A stretch of DNA of 64,000 bases from Candidatus Pacearchaeota archaeon. Its GTDB lineage: Archaea > Nanobdellota > Nanobdellia > Pacearchaeales > UBA284. Below, one piece after another: positions 38,734 through 48,600 of the stretch. The notes beneath the pieces are model-generated. The model saw only the letters and a list, made by a program, of their open reading frames with translations, ran no database searches and was not told where the DNA came from. The translations under genes were made by a program, and so were the position numbers. The stretch spans positions 129,566-193,565 of the forward strand of contig JAWAPZ010000001.1 in the NCBI GenBank assembly GCA_038894195.1, given 5' to 3'. How positions within the stretch are numbered: position 1 is the first letter of the stretch; every line of letters begins with the position of its first letter.

Positions 38734-38734
38734 G

Positions 38735-39655
38735 ATGAAAAACAAAAAAGCAATGGAGTTTGCATGGATTTTTGCAATAGTACTGGGTGCAATTATCTTA
38801 TTTCTCGCTTTTTACTTTCTAGGCTCGCAGATTTTTTTGAAAGAAAAAACCAGGTCGACTGAAACCGCCCACAGCACAGAAATACTATTTAATCCATTCT
38901 CGTATCTTGGTGCCATGGGTGCTATAACTTATAAACCAATAGAAATGCAAAAAGAAGTGCAGTTTGAATTTGATTGTGATCCAGACATGGAGATTGTAGG
39001 TAGCAACACAATAATAGTTGATTCCAGCCCAAGGACCATTTATGACAAATATATTTTTAGTGAAAATTTGAAAGCAAAAAGAATAGAAACTATAAGCAAA
39101 TCATTTGAAATGCCCTGGCGTATTGCAGACCTTATCTATGTTTTTCCTTCTGGAAGAGAGTACTGTTTCATAGATGCGCCTTCAAGAATTGAGGAAGAAA
39201 TTGAGCTGTTAAACATAAGTAACATTTTTTTTCAAGAGCCCTGTCCTGAGAATGCAACAAAAGTCTGCTTTGGAAGGGAGGGATGCGAAATAAAAGTCAC
39301 AAACTTAGAAGGATTTTACCATAGAGGATTTGTAGAGAAAAGTGAAGAAACTGGTAGAATGTATTTTATTGGTGATAATTATGCCTTACTGCTTGGCGCT
39401 ATTTTTTCTTCACGAGATTTGTATAATTGTAACTTAAAAAGACTCGCAAAAAGAATTCTACTTGAAGTAAATGTTTACCGAGAAAAACAAAGAATTATGG
39501 CAGAGCGAGGATGCGCTGCTGAAATGAATCTAGAAAGTTTAGAGCAAGCTGCATCAAACGTTAGAGCAAGTGCAAATGAAAATAATTTAAATGCCCTGTA
39601 TCAAGTTGCAAAAGAAATTAAGAATCAAAATTCATACGAATGCCCTTTGTTTTAA
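38735..39655 (+). CDS. Pilin-like protein, paralogue 2 (start set at MKNKKAMEF)
   Basis: MKNKKAMEF followed by AWIFAIVLGAIILFLAF. The same MKNKKA start occurs in paralogue 4. Confidence 0.5.
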   Translation: MKNKKAMEFAWIFAIVLGAIILFLAFYFLGSQIFLKEKTRSTETAHSTEILFNPFSYLGAMGAITYKPIEMQKEVQFEFDCDPDMEIVGSNTIIVDSSPRTIYDKYIFSENLKAKRIETISKSFEMPWRIADLIYVFPSGREYCFIDAPSRIEEEIELLNISNIFFQEPCPENATKVCFGREGCEIKVTNLEGFYHRGFVEKSEETGRMYFIGDNYALLLGAIFSSRDLYNCNLKRLAKRILLEVNVYREKQRIMAERGCAAEMNLESLEQAASNVRASANENNLNALYQVAKEIKNQNSYECPLF

Positions 39656-39656
39656 A

Positions 39657-40142
39657 ATGTTAAAAATATTTAAAAATAAAAAAACACAATTTAAGATACA
39701 AGAGATGGCTTTTGTTCTTTTAGCAGTTGTTCTACTTTTCGGCCTGGTATTTGTTTTTTTTGCAAGGTTCGAGTTGGAGAAAGTTAGAAATATTGCAGAG
39801 ACTACCCGAGAGGAAAGAGCTGTAACACTTGTAAGAGTTATAGCTTCTATGCCTGAATTAAGATGTTCGGGGAGTATAAACAAGATAAGCGAAGCTGCTT
39901 GTCTCGATCTTGATAAAGTCAAAGCATTTAATAACAGTGACGTCTTGAGATCTAATTATAGAAAGATTTGGCAGTCTAGTTTTGTTACTGAAGTAATTGT
40001 TAGAGAAATTTTTCCTGGAAATAAAACGTATACGATTTATAAAGAGCAAGAAAGTAATGAAAGTTACTATAGTTTTATGCCATTATGTTCACAAAAGAAA
40101 TGTGTTGTTGCAAGACTTATAGTTGGAATAAAAACTGTGTAA
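39657..40142 (+). CDS. Pilin-like protein, paralogue 3
   Basis: KNKKTQFKIQEM followed by AFVLLAVVLLFGLVFVFF. Confidence 0.45.
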   Translation: MLKIFKNKKTQFKIQEMAFVLLAVVLLFGLVFVFFARFELEKVRNIAETTREERAVTLVRVIASMPELRCSGSINKISEAACLDLDKVKAFNNSDVLRSNYRKIWQSSFVTEVIVREIFPGNKTYTIYKEQESNESYYSFMPLCSQKKCVVARLIVGIKTV

Positions 40143-40143
40143 G

Positions 40144-40644
40144 ATGAAAAACAAAAAGGCGCAGGAAGAGATGATGGGTTTTTTAATGATAGTAATAATT
40201 ATAGTTATAATAGGACTTGTTTTTTTTGCGTTCTCTTTGAGACAGAAAGGTAAAAACATAGAACCAAAAGCAATGCAACAGGAGGATTTGTTACAAGCTG
40301 TTCTGCTTTATAGTACTGATTGCGAACTTAACAATGAAATGCTAAACGTAAGAGAGCTTATACAAGAATGTAATGAAATGCCTTCAAGAACTTGTGAGAA
40401 TGATAATATCAGGATGTGTAGCAAGCTAGAAGAGAATTTAGAGTCTATGTTAGAGGTTTTGCTTGGAAAAAATCAAAGTATAAAGAACGCTTTTATCCAT
40501 GGATATAGTTTTTATATTAACGCTTCACAAGAGATCTTGATAGAAAAAGGAAATCTAACTGGGGATTATTTCAGTTCAAGGGTTCCTATCCCCGTCGGTT
40601 ATGGCAGTGAAGCTATCATAGTTCTAAAAAGTTATTATAGCTAG
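40144..40644 (+). CDS. Pilin-like protein, paralogue 4
   Basis: MKNKKAQEEMMG followed by FLMIVIIIVIIGLVFFAF. Confidence 0.5.
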   Translation: MKNKKAQEEMMGFLMIVIIIVIIGLVFFAFSLRQKGKNIEPKAMQQEDLLQAVLLYSTDCELNNEMLNVRELIQECNEMPSRTCENDNIRMCSKLEENLESMLEVLLGKNQSIKNAFIHGYSFYINASQEILIEKGNLTGDYFSSRVPIPVGYGSEAIIVLKSYYS

Positions 40645-40671
40645 TTTGATATACAAAACTAAATTAAAACC

Positions 40672-41169
40672 TTAAATGCTTATAGAGAGGTTTAATTTAT
40701 TAACTTGCAAAACAGGTTTGAGTTTCTCTCTTGCTTTTGTTCTTTCTTTTACCATTTTAATTAAACCGAACTTTTCCAAGGTTCTAAGATCCTCCCTTAC
40801 TGCTTTAAAATCTCTGGCAGAAAGTTTAGCTAGTTTGTAGATAGAGCTTGGTTTTTTTGTTTTTATCAAATGTAGCAACCTTGCTTTTTCATTGCTAAGC
40901 AATGCACGGATGTCAGAAAGCTCTATATGCTGACTCAAAGCTAGTGGTCCTGCTTTTCTTAAATCTTTTATACTTTTTGTCACCTCTTCCACGCTTTCAG
41001 TCACTGTTGATTTTATTTTTTTAATAGCTGGGACCCAGGAAGCCAGGGGTGTTTGCTCTAACATACCTGAAATGCCTGTTCCTTTTTTCTGTTCTTCATT
41101 TTGTGCTTGTTTTTCTTGTTTTCTTTCTTTAAAACTAAGAAACAGGTGTATATTTTTCTTGCCTTTCAT
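40672..41169 (-). CDS. Winged-helix/HTH transcriptional regulator
   Basis: C-terminal LSARDFKAVREDLRTLEKFGLIKMVKERTK wing-helix pattern. Confidence 0.45.
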   Translation of the reverse strand: MKGKKNIHLFLSFKERKQEKQAQNEEQKKGTGISGMLEQTPLASWVPAIKKIKSTVTESVEEVTKSIKDLRKAGPLALSQHIELSDIRALLSNEKARLLHLIKTKKPSSIYKLAKLSARDFKAVREDLRTLEKFGLIKMVKERTKAREKLKPVLQVNKLNLSISI

Positions 41170-41470
41170 TTTTTACGTCGTTAAAACTTGAATAATTGCA
41201 AGGTAAAATATGTTTTTAAATATTATGCTTCTAAGATATATATATTTTTTTAGCATATATGTAACAAAATAACATATAAAATTAAAATCGCGCTGCTGGT
41301 TTTTTAGCATCCTAAATATAGTGTAACTTTTAAGAAGAAACATAAGCTTTATAAATAAAACCTAAGAACTTAGTAAAAAAAATTGGTGTCATAGAAAACT
41401 TTAAAAATGCAGAATTTATAAGTTAAACATAAGCTGGCCAGCGTTCATTTCTGAACGCAATTTTTAATTG

Positions 41471-41490
41471 ATTGAAAGGAGGTTTAGAAA
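41471..41490 (+). promoter_or_regulatory. Strong Shine-Dalgarno-like site (GGAGG) for the S-layer gene
   Basis: AAAGGAGGTTTAGAAA immediately precedes the ATG at 41491. About 300 nt of AT-rich leader lies upstream. Confidence 0.5.
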
Positions 41491-43755
41491 ATGAAACTAC
41501 TTAAGAAAATAGCACCTATAGCAGGAATCCTTTTAATGACTGGATTGACTTTTGGTGCTGCAACAGCAGCAGAACTTGGAACATGGAAAGCAAACTTTCC
41601 ATCAGCAAGTACTTCAATTGTTGTTGGTACAGGCCATAACGATGCAATTGCAATGACAGAAATTGCATCTGAGATTGGAATAACTGCTGCAACCACAACA
41701 GTAACTGGTGAAAGCTACAAGTTTGAAAAAACAAGGGATCACCTTAATCTAGGGGAAAACTTTTACCACATAAAGGAAAGGCTTACAAAAAACGAATTGC
41801 CAACCATACTTGCAGATAAGTCTTACGAGGACGCAGATGGAAATACTTATGATTATACACAAAAAATAAGTATCGCAAACGGAAATAGTCTTACACACTT
41901 CAAGAATGACGACTACAAAGATGGTGCGTTAACTCTCGGGTTTGAATTGAATGAAAATGACCCTATACTAAATTACACTTTGAGCTTTGTAGAGAAACCA
42001 GATTTTGATAATGATACTTTAGAAACAACAGTAATAGAAATGATGGGAAGAGAGTATTATATAAGTAGTATTGATGCTACTGCCGACTCGATGACTTTTC
42101 TTGAAGCCGGACAAACTGCCACAGTGTATGAAGGCGAAACTGCATCAATAGGTGGAAAGAGTGTAAAACTTGTTACTGTTTATCCTTCCGGAGACACGTA
42201 TAAAGCTGTGTTAGAAATAGATGGCACTGAAACAAGGGGTCTTAAAGAGGGTGGAACACAAAAAGTGGGTTCGGTCTATGTTGGTGTTCTTGAAATAAGA
42301 TACAATTCAAGAGAAACAGGGAGAAGCTCTGCACGAATAAGTATAGGTAGTGGAGAAATAGTGATAAAGGATGGAGAAGAAGTAAAAATAAGTGAGAAAA
42401 GTGTAGATAACCTGTTCGGTCATATTGACACCTCTAGTGATAAACTTAACAGCATCACATTAGAATGGCTACTTGAAGAGGATGCATTTCTTGGTTCTGG
42501 GGATGAGATTGTTTTACCTGGTTTCAAAAATATAAAACTGATGATGACAGAAATGGTTTTCCCAACAGGAGAGCAAATAAAAGTTGGTTATTCTGGAACT
42601 AAGAAAGCTTTGTTAAAAGTTCCTATAGAATCTGGAACTGGAACTTCTGATGTTGTTCTTTTGGAAGGTGATGGAACTACCTGGAATTACCTTGGAGAAT
42701 CAAGTAAACCATTGAAGGTTACTAATGAAAGTGAATTTACGGGCCTAACCAAGAAGGACCGCTTCTTTGCCACATACATGGAAGAAGAAGAAGGACAATC
42801 TTATTACTTATATGTATATGGCTTTGACGAAGACAAAGATACAGTAACCTTTAAGTCAGTTGATGGAAGCAGTAGTTGCACAGTTTCTGATGGGGATGAT
42901 TGCACTTTTGGACAGGTTTCATTCAAAGTTGCTGGTTTGGATGCTGAAGGTGAAGAAGTAAACATAACGGCAGCAGATGATGTTTACTTTGACAGAATTG
43001 TTTCAAAAGCAGGAGCTTTGTTTTGGCTTCCCAACACAATAGAAGGTAATGAACACTACATTAATCTCACAGTGAGTAATTCTTGGGATCTTGTTATGTC
43101 TGAAAAAGATGAAGACGGAAATATAGGGGATGGAAAAGAAATAACCTTTGCATTAAAATTCGCAGACGCTAAGGCAACTGTTGGACAACCAACAGCAACA
43201 TGGGCTGGAGGTGATATGCTCGAACAAGATGATGACACTGATGTTGGTTATGTTGAATCGCCCCTTGCAACAAAAGTAGTTTATGAAACTGGTGGCGACC
43301 AGGATTACGCGGATGTGACTTATTTTGGTGAAGAAGTCTACGGTAACGTTTATATTGCAGGTGCTGGTACAACAACCAGCGGTGAAGGCAGTGTAGCTAT
43401 TCTTGATACAGAATTCCTGGCTGGACCAAAGACAAACAATGTCGTGCTTATAGGGGGTTCTGGTGTCAACAAAGCATCAGCTCAGTTGCTCTTTAATTCC
43501 CAAAACCTAGTATATGGAAGTGATCCTGCCTGGGTTGCGGCCACTGGAGTTGACTCTGTTGGTAAGGCACTAGTAAAACTTCAGGCAAGTCCATGGGCTA
43601 CTGGCAAATATGCACTGCTTGTTGCTGGTTTCGAGGCAACAGATACGCTAAGAGCTGCAAGGCTTTTGACAACAACTCCTAGTGCACTAGCGGGAAAAAC
43701 AACTGCCTTACTTAATACAGGTACTGAAGAAGCAACCCTTATAAGTGGTAGCTAA
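41491..43755 (+). CDS. S-layer (surface layer) protein, Methanococcus-type
   Basis: Signal peptide MKLLKKIAPIAGILLMTGLTFGAATAAE. N-terminal DAIAMTEIASEIG and C-terminal ALLVAGFEATDTLRAARLL resemble methanogen S-layer proteins. GC content is markedly above flanking genes. Confidence 0.65.
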   Translation: MKLLKKIAPIAGILLMTGLTFGAATAAELGTWKANFPSASTSIVVGTGHNDAIAMTEIASEIGITAATTTVTGESYKFEKTRDHLNLGENFYHIKERLTKNELPTILADKSYEDADGNTYDYTQKISIANGNSLTHFKNDDYKDGALTLGFELNENDPILNYTLSFVEKPDFDNDTLETTVIEMMGREYYISSIDATADSMTFLEAGQTATVYEGETASIGGKSVKLVTVYPSGDTYKAVLEIDGTETRGLKEGGTQKVGSVYVGVLEIRYNSRETGRSSARISIGSGEIVIKDGEEVKISEKSVDNLFGHIDTSSDKLNSITLEWLLEEDAFLGSGDEIVLPGFKNIKLMMTEMVFPTGEQIKVGYSGTKKALLKVPIESGTGTSDVVLLEGDGTTWNYLGESSKPLKVTNESEFTGLTKKDRFFATYMEEEEGQSYYLYVYGFDEDKDTVTFKSVDGSSSCTVSDGDDCTFGQVSFKVAGLDAEGEEVNITAADDVYFDRIVSKAGALFWLPNTIEGNEHYINLTVSNSWDLVMSEKDEDGNIGDGKEITFALKFADAKATVGQPTATWAGGDMLEQDDDTDVGYVESPLATKVVYETGGDQDYADVTYFGEEVYGNVYIAGAGTTTSGEGSVAILDTEFLAGPKTNNVVLIGGSGVNKASAQLLFNSQNLVYGSDPAWVAATGVDSVGKALVKLQASPWATGKYALLVAGFEATDTLRAARLLTTTPSALAGKTTALLNTGTEEATLISGS

Positions 43756-43764
43756 AAAGAGGTG

Positions 43765-43830
43765 CTAAAAAGAATTTTTTCTTTTTTGTTTTTTCTTTTT
43801 GTTTTTTAATTTTTTATTTCTATTGATGAT
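43765..43830 (+). terminator. Oligo-T terminator region after the S-layer gene
   Basis: TTTTTTCTTTTTTGTTTTTTCTTTTTGTTTTTTAATTTTTTATTT runs of T, typical of archaeal termination. Confidence 0.5.
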
Positions 43831-43952
43831 AATAGGTGGTTGAAAATTACCCCTTTCGTCAAAATTGGCTTCCAGCTAATATAAATATGCCGTTACTTTC
43901 TACAAAGCTACATTGGTGAGAAAATTTAAATATTAAATCAGAACTTATTTTA

Positions 43953-44606
43953 ATGTACAAGATTAAAAAGACCAGAACAAAAATGTTAAAACCACTAGAA
44001 ACAAAAGAAATGCAAGAAAAAAGGATAAAAAAAAGAAATATAATTTTTGGTGTTATAATAGCTGTTATTATGATTGCTGGAACAGTCGGATGGGCTCTTT
44101 CAGGAAGAGAAAAAACAAACCAAGAAGAATACAACGGATTTAAGTTCATAAAGCAAGAGAATTACTGGCAAACTTCAGTAAGCATTTATGGTAGCAATTT
44201 TTTGCTTAGAACTAGTTACTTGCCAAGGGAGGTTGAAAACATAACCAGTAAAAGTAGAACACTTTCATTAGAAAAAATTTATGGCAAGACCCTATATGTT
44301 GTGTTAGATTCGGCTATTGAGCAAGAACCTGTCAGAGAACTTGCACTAAATTTGCAAAATTTTGTTGAAAGAATACAGATTGCTTGTTCAGAAAATGTGT
44401 CAGAAGAAAGTATAAGTTTTTGCTCTGACAAGCCAGTAAAGGGCTGTGATGACGCAACTCTTGAAAATGCAATAATAGTTTTTGAAGAAAAAAATTTAAC
44501 AAAACTGGAGTACAAGGCTGGTTGTTTACAGATACAGGCTCAAGAATCTGATTTTTTGAGGGCTTCGGATAAAGCTTTATTTTTAATTTTTGGTATTATG
44601 ACATAA
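43953..44606 (+). CDS. Hypothetical membrane-anchored protein
   Basis: N-terminal TM helix (IIFGVIIAVIMIAGTVGWAL). Confidence 0.35.
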   Translation: MYKIKKTRTKMLKPLETKEMQEKRIKKRNIIFGVIIAVIMIAGTVGWALSGREKTNQEEYNGFKFIKQENYWQTSVSIYGSNFLLRTSYLPREVENITSKSRTLSLEKIYGKTLYVVLDSAIEQEPVRELALNLQNFVERIQIACSENVSEESISFCSDKPVKGCDDATLENAIIVFEEKNLTKLEYKAGCLQIQAQESDFLRASDKALFLIFGIMT

Positions 44607-44638
44607 GAATATAAAAGGACTTTAAAAGGATATAAAAA

Positions 44639-45367
44639 ATGGACGAGCAAAATAATGAAATAGAAAAGGGAGAAAATGCTGAAGAAAGAGAAAATCTTGA
44701 AAAAGGGCAAGAAAAATTGCCTGGAACTGAAAAAAAAGTTCTAAAAAGTAAAAACATTACCCTAATTATACTTTTACTGGTTATTGCTGCCGTCATAGTT
44801 TTTTTTGTTTTTAAAGATGATATAACTTCTTTTGTTGTTAAAAACAATTTTAATTACAATGGCTTAGAATTTTTTAAGACAACGTTGTACAAAGAAACTT
44901 TCTTCGCGACAAAAGTTAATTTAACTGTAAAAAATGTAAAGAACACACATATCTTCTATTTCAGAAATGATCCTAGAAAACTCGATAGGATCCCTTTTAG
45001 TGTTAATAGAAAAATTGCAACAAAAACTTACGTTTCCTTTACAAAAGAATCCCTTCAATGTGAAACTGTGAATCTTGTTGCATGGAATCTCGGTGATTTT
45101 TTAGGAAGAATGGGTTCTAAAGTTACTGGTGCTGTTGCTGATCCTGAATCCAGTGAAAACGGCACAAAGCTAGTTGTAAATTGTTCAAGTAACAAAAAAG
45201 AGATTATTGTTTTAAAAGCACAAGCTAGCCAAACAAGAGTGTATCAGGATGCTAATAACGAGGGGTGCATCATAATAGAAGCCAAGGATTGTTCGATTAT
45301 AGAAGCAAGTGAAAGATTTATCCTTGGAATGCTTGTAAAAAAAATTAATGAAGAAAAAGTTGAATAG
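44639..45367 (+). CDS. Hypothetical membrane-anchored protein
   Basis: N-terminal acidic region then a TM helix (ITLIILLLVIAAVIVFFVF). Confidence 0.35.
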   Translation: MDEQNNEIEKGENAEERENLEKGQEKLPGTEKKVLKSKNITLIILLLVIAAVIVFFVFKDDITSFVVKNNFNYNGLEFFKTTLYKETFFATKVNLTVKNVKNTHIFYFRNDPRKLDRIPFSVNRKIATKTYVSFTKESLQCETVNLVAWNLGDFLGRMGSKVTGAVADPESSENGTKLVVNCSSNKKEIIVLKAQASQTRVYQDANNEGCIIIEAKDCSIIEASERFILGMLVKKINEEKVE

Positions 45368-45402
45368 AAAGATTTTAAATTGCTTCTTCTTTATATTTTT
45401 AT

Positions 45403-45600
45403 GCCGACGTGGCCCAATGGTACGGCGCCCGCCTTGAGAGCGGGTTCCCGCAAGGGTTTCCAGGTTCGAAAATAAGGAACACATTTCCTTATCAACCTTT
45501 GGAAGAATAAGGAACACATTTCCTTATCAACCTTTGGAAGAATAAGGAACACATTTCCTTATCAACCTTTGAGTTGAAAACGAAAATCCTGGCGTCGGCG
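45403..45600 (+). tRNA. tRNA-Ser(TGA) with ~116-nt intron at T-loop position 59/60
   Basis: Acceptor GCCGACG/CGTCGGC. D-arm GCC-CAATGGTAC-GGC. Anticodon stem CCCGC/GCGGG with loop CTTGAGA. Long variable arm TCCCGCAAGGGT. T-arm CCAGG-TTCGAA[intron]T-CCTGG. Discriminator G. TATA-like TTTTAAAT about 25 nt upstream. Confidence 0.8.
45471..45575 (+). repeat. Three tandem direct repeats of a 35-bp unit inside the tRNA-Ser intron (third copy truncated)
   Basis: The unit AATAAGGAACACATTTCCTTATCAACCTTTGGAAG occupies 45471-45505 and 45506-45540. Copy 3 (45541-45570) diverges into GAGTTGAAAACGAAAA. Each unit has the hairpin TAAGGAA...TTCCTTA. Confidence 0.9.
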
Positions 45601-45651
45601 TTGTATTTTATCACTTTACTTTCTTAAAAGCCAAATTTTCTCAAGTTGTAT

Positions 45652-48600
45652 CTATCTAAATTTTTTAAGAACCTGACCAAGTTTTCTTTCTCTTATTTCT
45701 TTGATTATTAAAAATTTTTTTCTGTAGGACAGTAGGATCACCACTGCAACTATGGCAACAATTATAACAGTCCATGCCAGGATACCCATTCTAAATGCTT
45801 CTTCCTCAAGAGGAATTTCTTCAATCTCTTTGAATTTAGAAATAATCAACGTTACTTTCCCATCTTTTATCTCTTTAATTTTTATTGTTATATCCTCTCT
45901 ACCATCCCTATCAAGATCTATGTTCTTAGCCTCACCAACTTGTATTGTTAAAGTAACCAGTGAATTTATTTCAATAGTTACTTTGTTATTGCCTATATTC
46001 AAAATTTTTATAACGTGTTCTTCACCATTGACAATAAATTGAATGGTTTCCCCCTGGCTCATGTTTATTTCTTTGCTACTTTCTGATAGCTCTCCAATGC
46101 TGTAAGGAGGAACACCCCCCCTTGTATCTTCGGTTGTTACATTTGTTTGGTTAGTTACATTGGTCACATTTTGTTGTGTCGTGCCTCCACCGCCTCTATT
46201 TCCGCCGCCATCTTCTTCCTCCTCAACAATAGATTTTCCAACAATATTTGGTTCTATGCCAGAGAAGTGTGGTATTTTAAACCAAACCATATTATGTGCC
46301 AAATCTTTATAACATAAACCAGTCAAGTTTTCATCACTTTCATTACAAAGCACAGCACTTCCATTAATGTATTCAATATAAATATCAGTTTTGTAATCTT
46401 CATAATCAGTTCCATTTAATTCTTCTATATCCTCACCTTGTTCCCAAATATATTGCCACTCTTCATCATAAAATTTAGTTATATTAACTTTCATGTCCTC
46501 AGATTCATTTATTGCAGAACTGTTATAAGGAACACCTATTATTACATAGTCATATATATTAGGACCCATGCTTCCAAAACGCCAGGCTTCTTTCATCATG
46601 TTGCCACTTGGAGTTTTATTAGCACTTTCATCAAAAATTCCATCTGGCGGCTGACTTGCCAATAAATCAACATTTACATAATGAATGGTTATGTTTGTTG
46701 TGTTCTGTCTCATTTCTAGATCATACTTACCTCCACTTATAACCCATGTAAATGGATTTGGTGGGCCTCCGCCCTGCCCAACGCCTTCTGGCAAGCATCC
46801 TAGATCACCAGGAGTCTCGTTAGGCCATGGCACAGAACAAGAACCATCATCTTTGTATTTAAAGTTTCTAAACTGAACATTTTGTATTTCCTCACCATCT
46901 GGCCTTTTTGCTTTTAATTGCTCAAGTATAAGTTCAAAAGGACTTTCTTGTAAATCTTCTACTTTGATCGTTCTTTTTATTGGAGGAAATTGCGGAGAGA
47001 ATATTCTTATATTAATACTGTCATTTAGTAAAGGAATTTTTATTATATTATTATCTCCAGAATCAGCCATCCAAGAGAAGGAAGCATCTGATCCAGAAAA
47101 TTTAGAGTAATCTACTTCTATTTCTGCATGAACATTTGTAACTCCTGTTTTGTTTCCATCTTCTAACAAACTTGTTATGTTAAATGCAAAGAGGGAAGTA
47201 TTAATTGGTTCGCCTATCTCTCCAACTTTGCTCTCGAGTGTTGCTTCTTCTCCAACCATTGGATAAAGAGTTAAATTTAATTCTGTAGGATTTTCACCAT
47301 AATTTAAAGTAACTGTTTTAAAACCACCATACCATACACCCTCTTTTTTTGCCGAAGCAAATAACAAAATATTGGCTCCATACAGTGCTGCTGGTAGTGT
47401 TATATTGTAGAAGCCAGTTGTTTTATCGAGAACATCTTCAACAGGTGGTTCATCATGCTGTCCTATGTTTTGCGGCATCATTGCACCTAAAAATACCATT
47501 TTTCCTGCTTCAAGCAAAAAGCCAACAACTGTATAATTGTCAAAGTTTTGATTCCCATTAGAACCATTTAATTTTGAAAAACCACTTAACTGAACCAAAT
47601 CTGTTGTCAAGTTTAATTCTGTAAGGTTCAAGTACAGAGCTTGATTTATTGATGTTATTGTTCTATTTTCTACTGTTCCAAGAGAAATATTATTACCATA
47701 AACCAAATTATTTAATTCTATACTAACTGGAAAAGCCGGGCCTCCTTCAGGGTAAATCATAAGAGAGTAATTTCTATCAGCAGGAATATAAACTCTATCA
47801 AAATACTTTAATTCATTAAAACTTTCTTTTATTCCATAACCTAATTTTTTGTCTTTAAACTGATATCTAAAAGCATACTCGTTCGTAAAAAAATTTATGT
47901 TTGTTAAATTTTTATCTGGCGAAGAAGAAGCAATAAAATATCTTGGATTCTCATAAAAAACATCATCAACAAAGCCATTAACAACCAAACCTTCTGTTAA
48001 GTTTACTGGTCTATCACAACTAAAATCTTCACCCATAAAAATTTTGTAAAAAACATATCTTCCTGAATTATTTCCTATTCCAAAGCCACCCCCAGGGTTG
48101 AAAAGCATCTTTCCAACATAACAGTTGGGTGTATAAAAATCTTTATGAAGAGTAAAATTAGGATAATAAATATAAACGTGGCTTTCCCCACTTCCATTTA
48201 GTGCTGAAACAAAAAATTTTCCTTCCTCTCCTGCAAATTCATTAAACGAAATGCCACCAATTTCACTGAATTCTTCTGAAGACAAATCTGTGTAGTTTCC
48301 CTCGTTGCAATCCATTGTTCCCTCACTAACATTTAAAAAACATCTTTGAACTCCTGTCAGATTAATAAAATAAAACACCCATAAACCCTCTTCTACTGGT
48401 CCGTCAGTAAACTCTTTTATGTTTGTTATATTTAAATCGCAAAAAGAATTATTATAATCTAAAGTTTCATTTAAAAAAATAAGACAATCACTCCCATTTA
48501 TATAAGTATATTGTTTTTCTCCAGAATTATTTATTATGGCTAACCCGGTTTTATAATCTTCTGGAAAAGAACCAATATTATTATATTCTATCTTGCTTTC

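Noticed and set aside
41484-41734. Two minus-strand ORFs (70 and 72 aa) antisense to the S-layer gene start.
   Set aside because: Both sit inside a high-confidence, highly biased coding region on the opposite strand, with no motifs. Likely artefacts.
43859-44149. 96-aa minus-strand ORF overlapping the start of the 43953-44606 gene.
   Set aside because: It is antisense to a gene with a clear TM-anchor architecture and is Phe/Ile/Leu low-complexity.
45471-45575. Possible CRISPR array (perfect ~35-bp repeats).
   Set aside because: The repeats are directly tandem with no intervening spacers and lie inside a tRNA intron. No cas genes are nearby.
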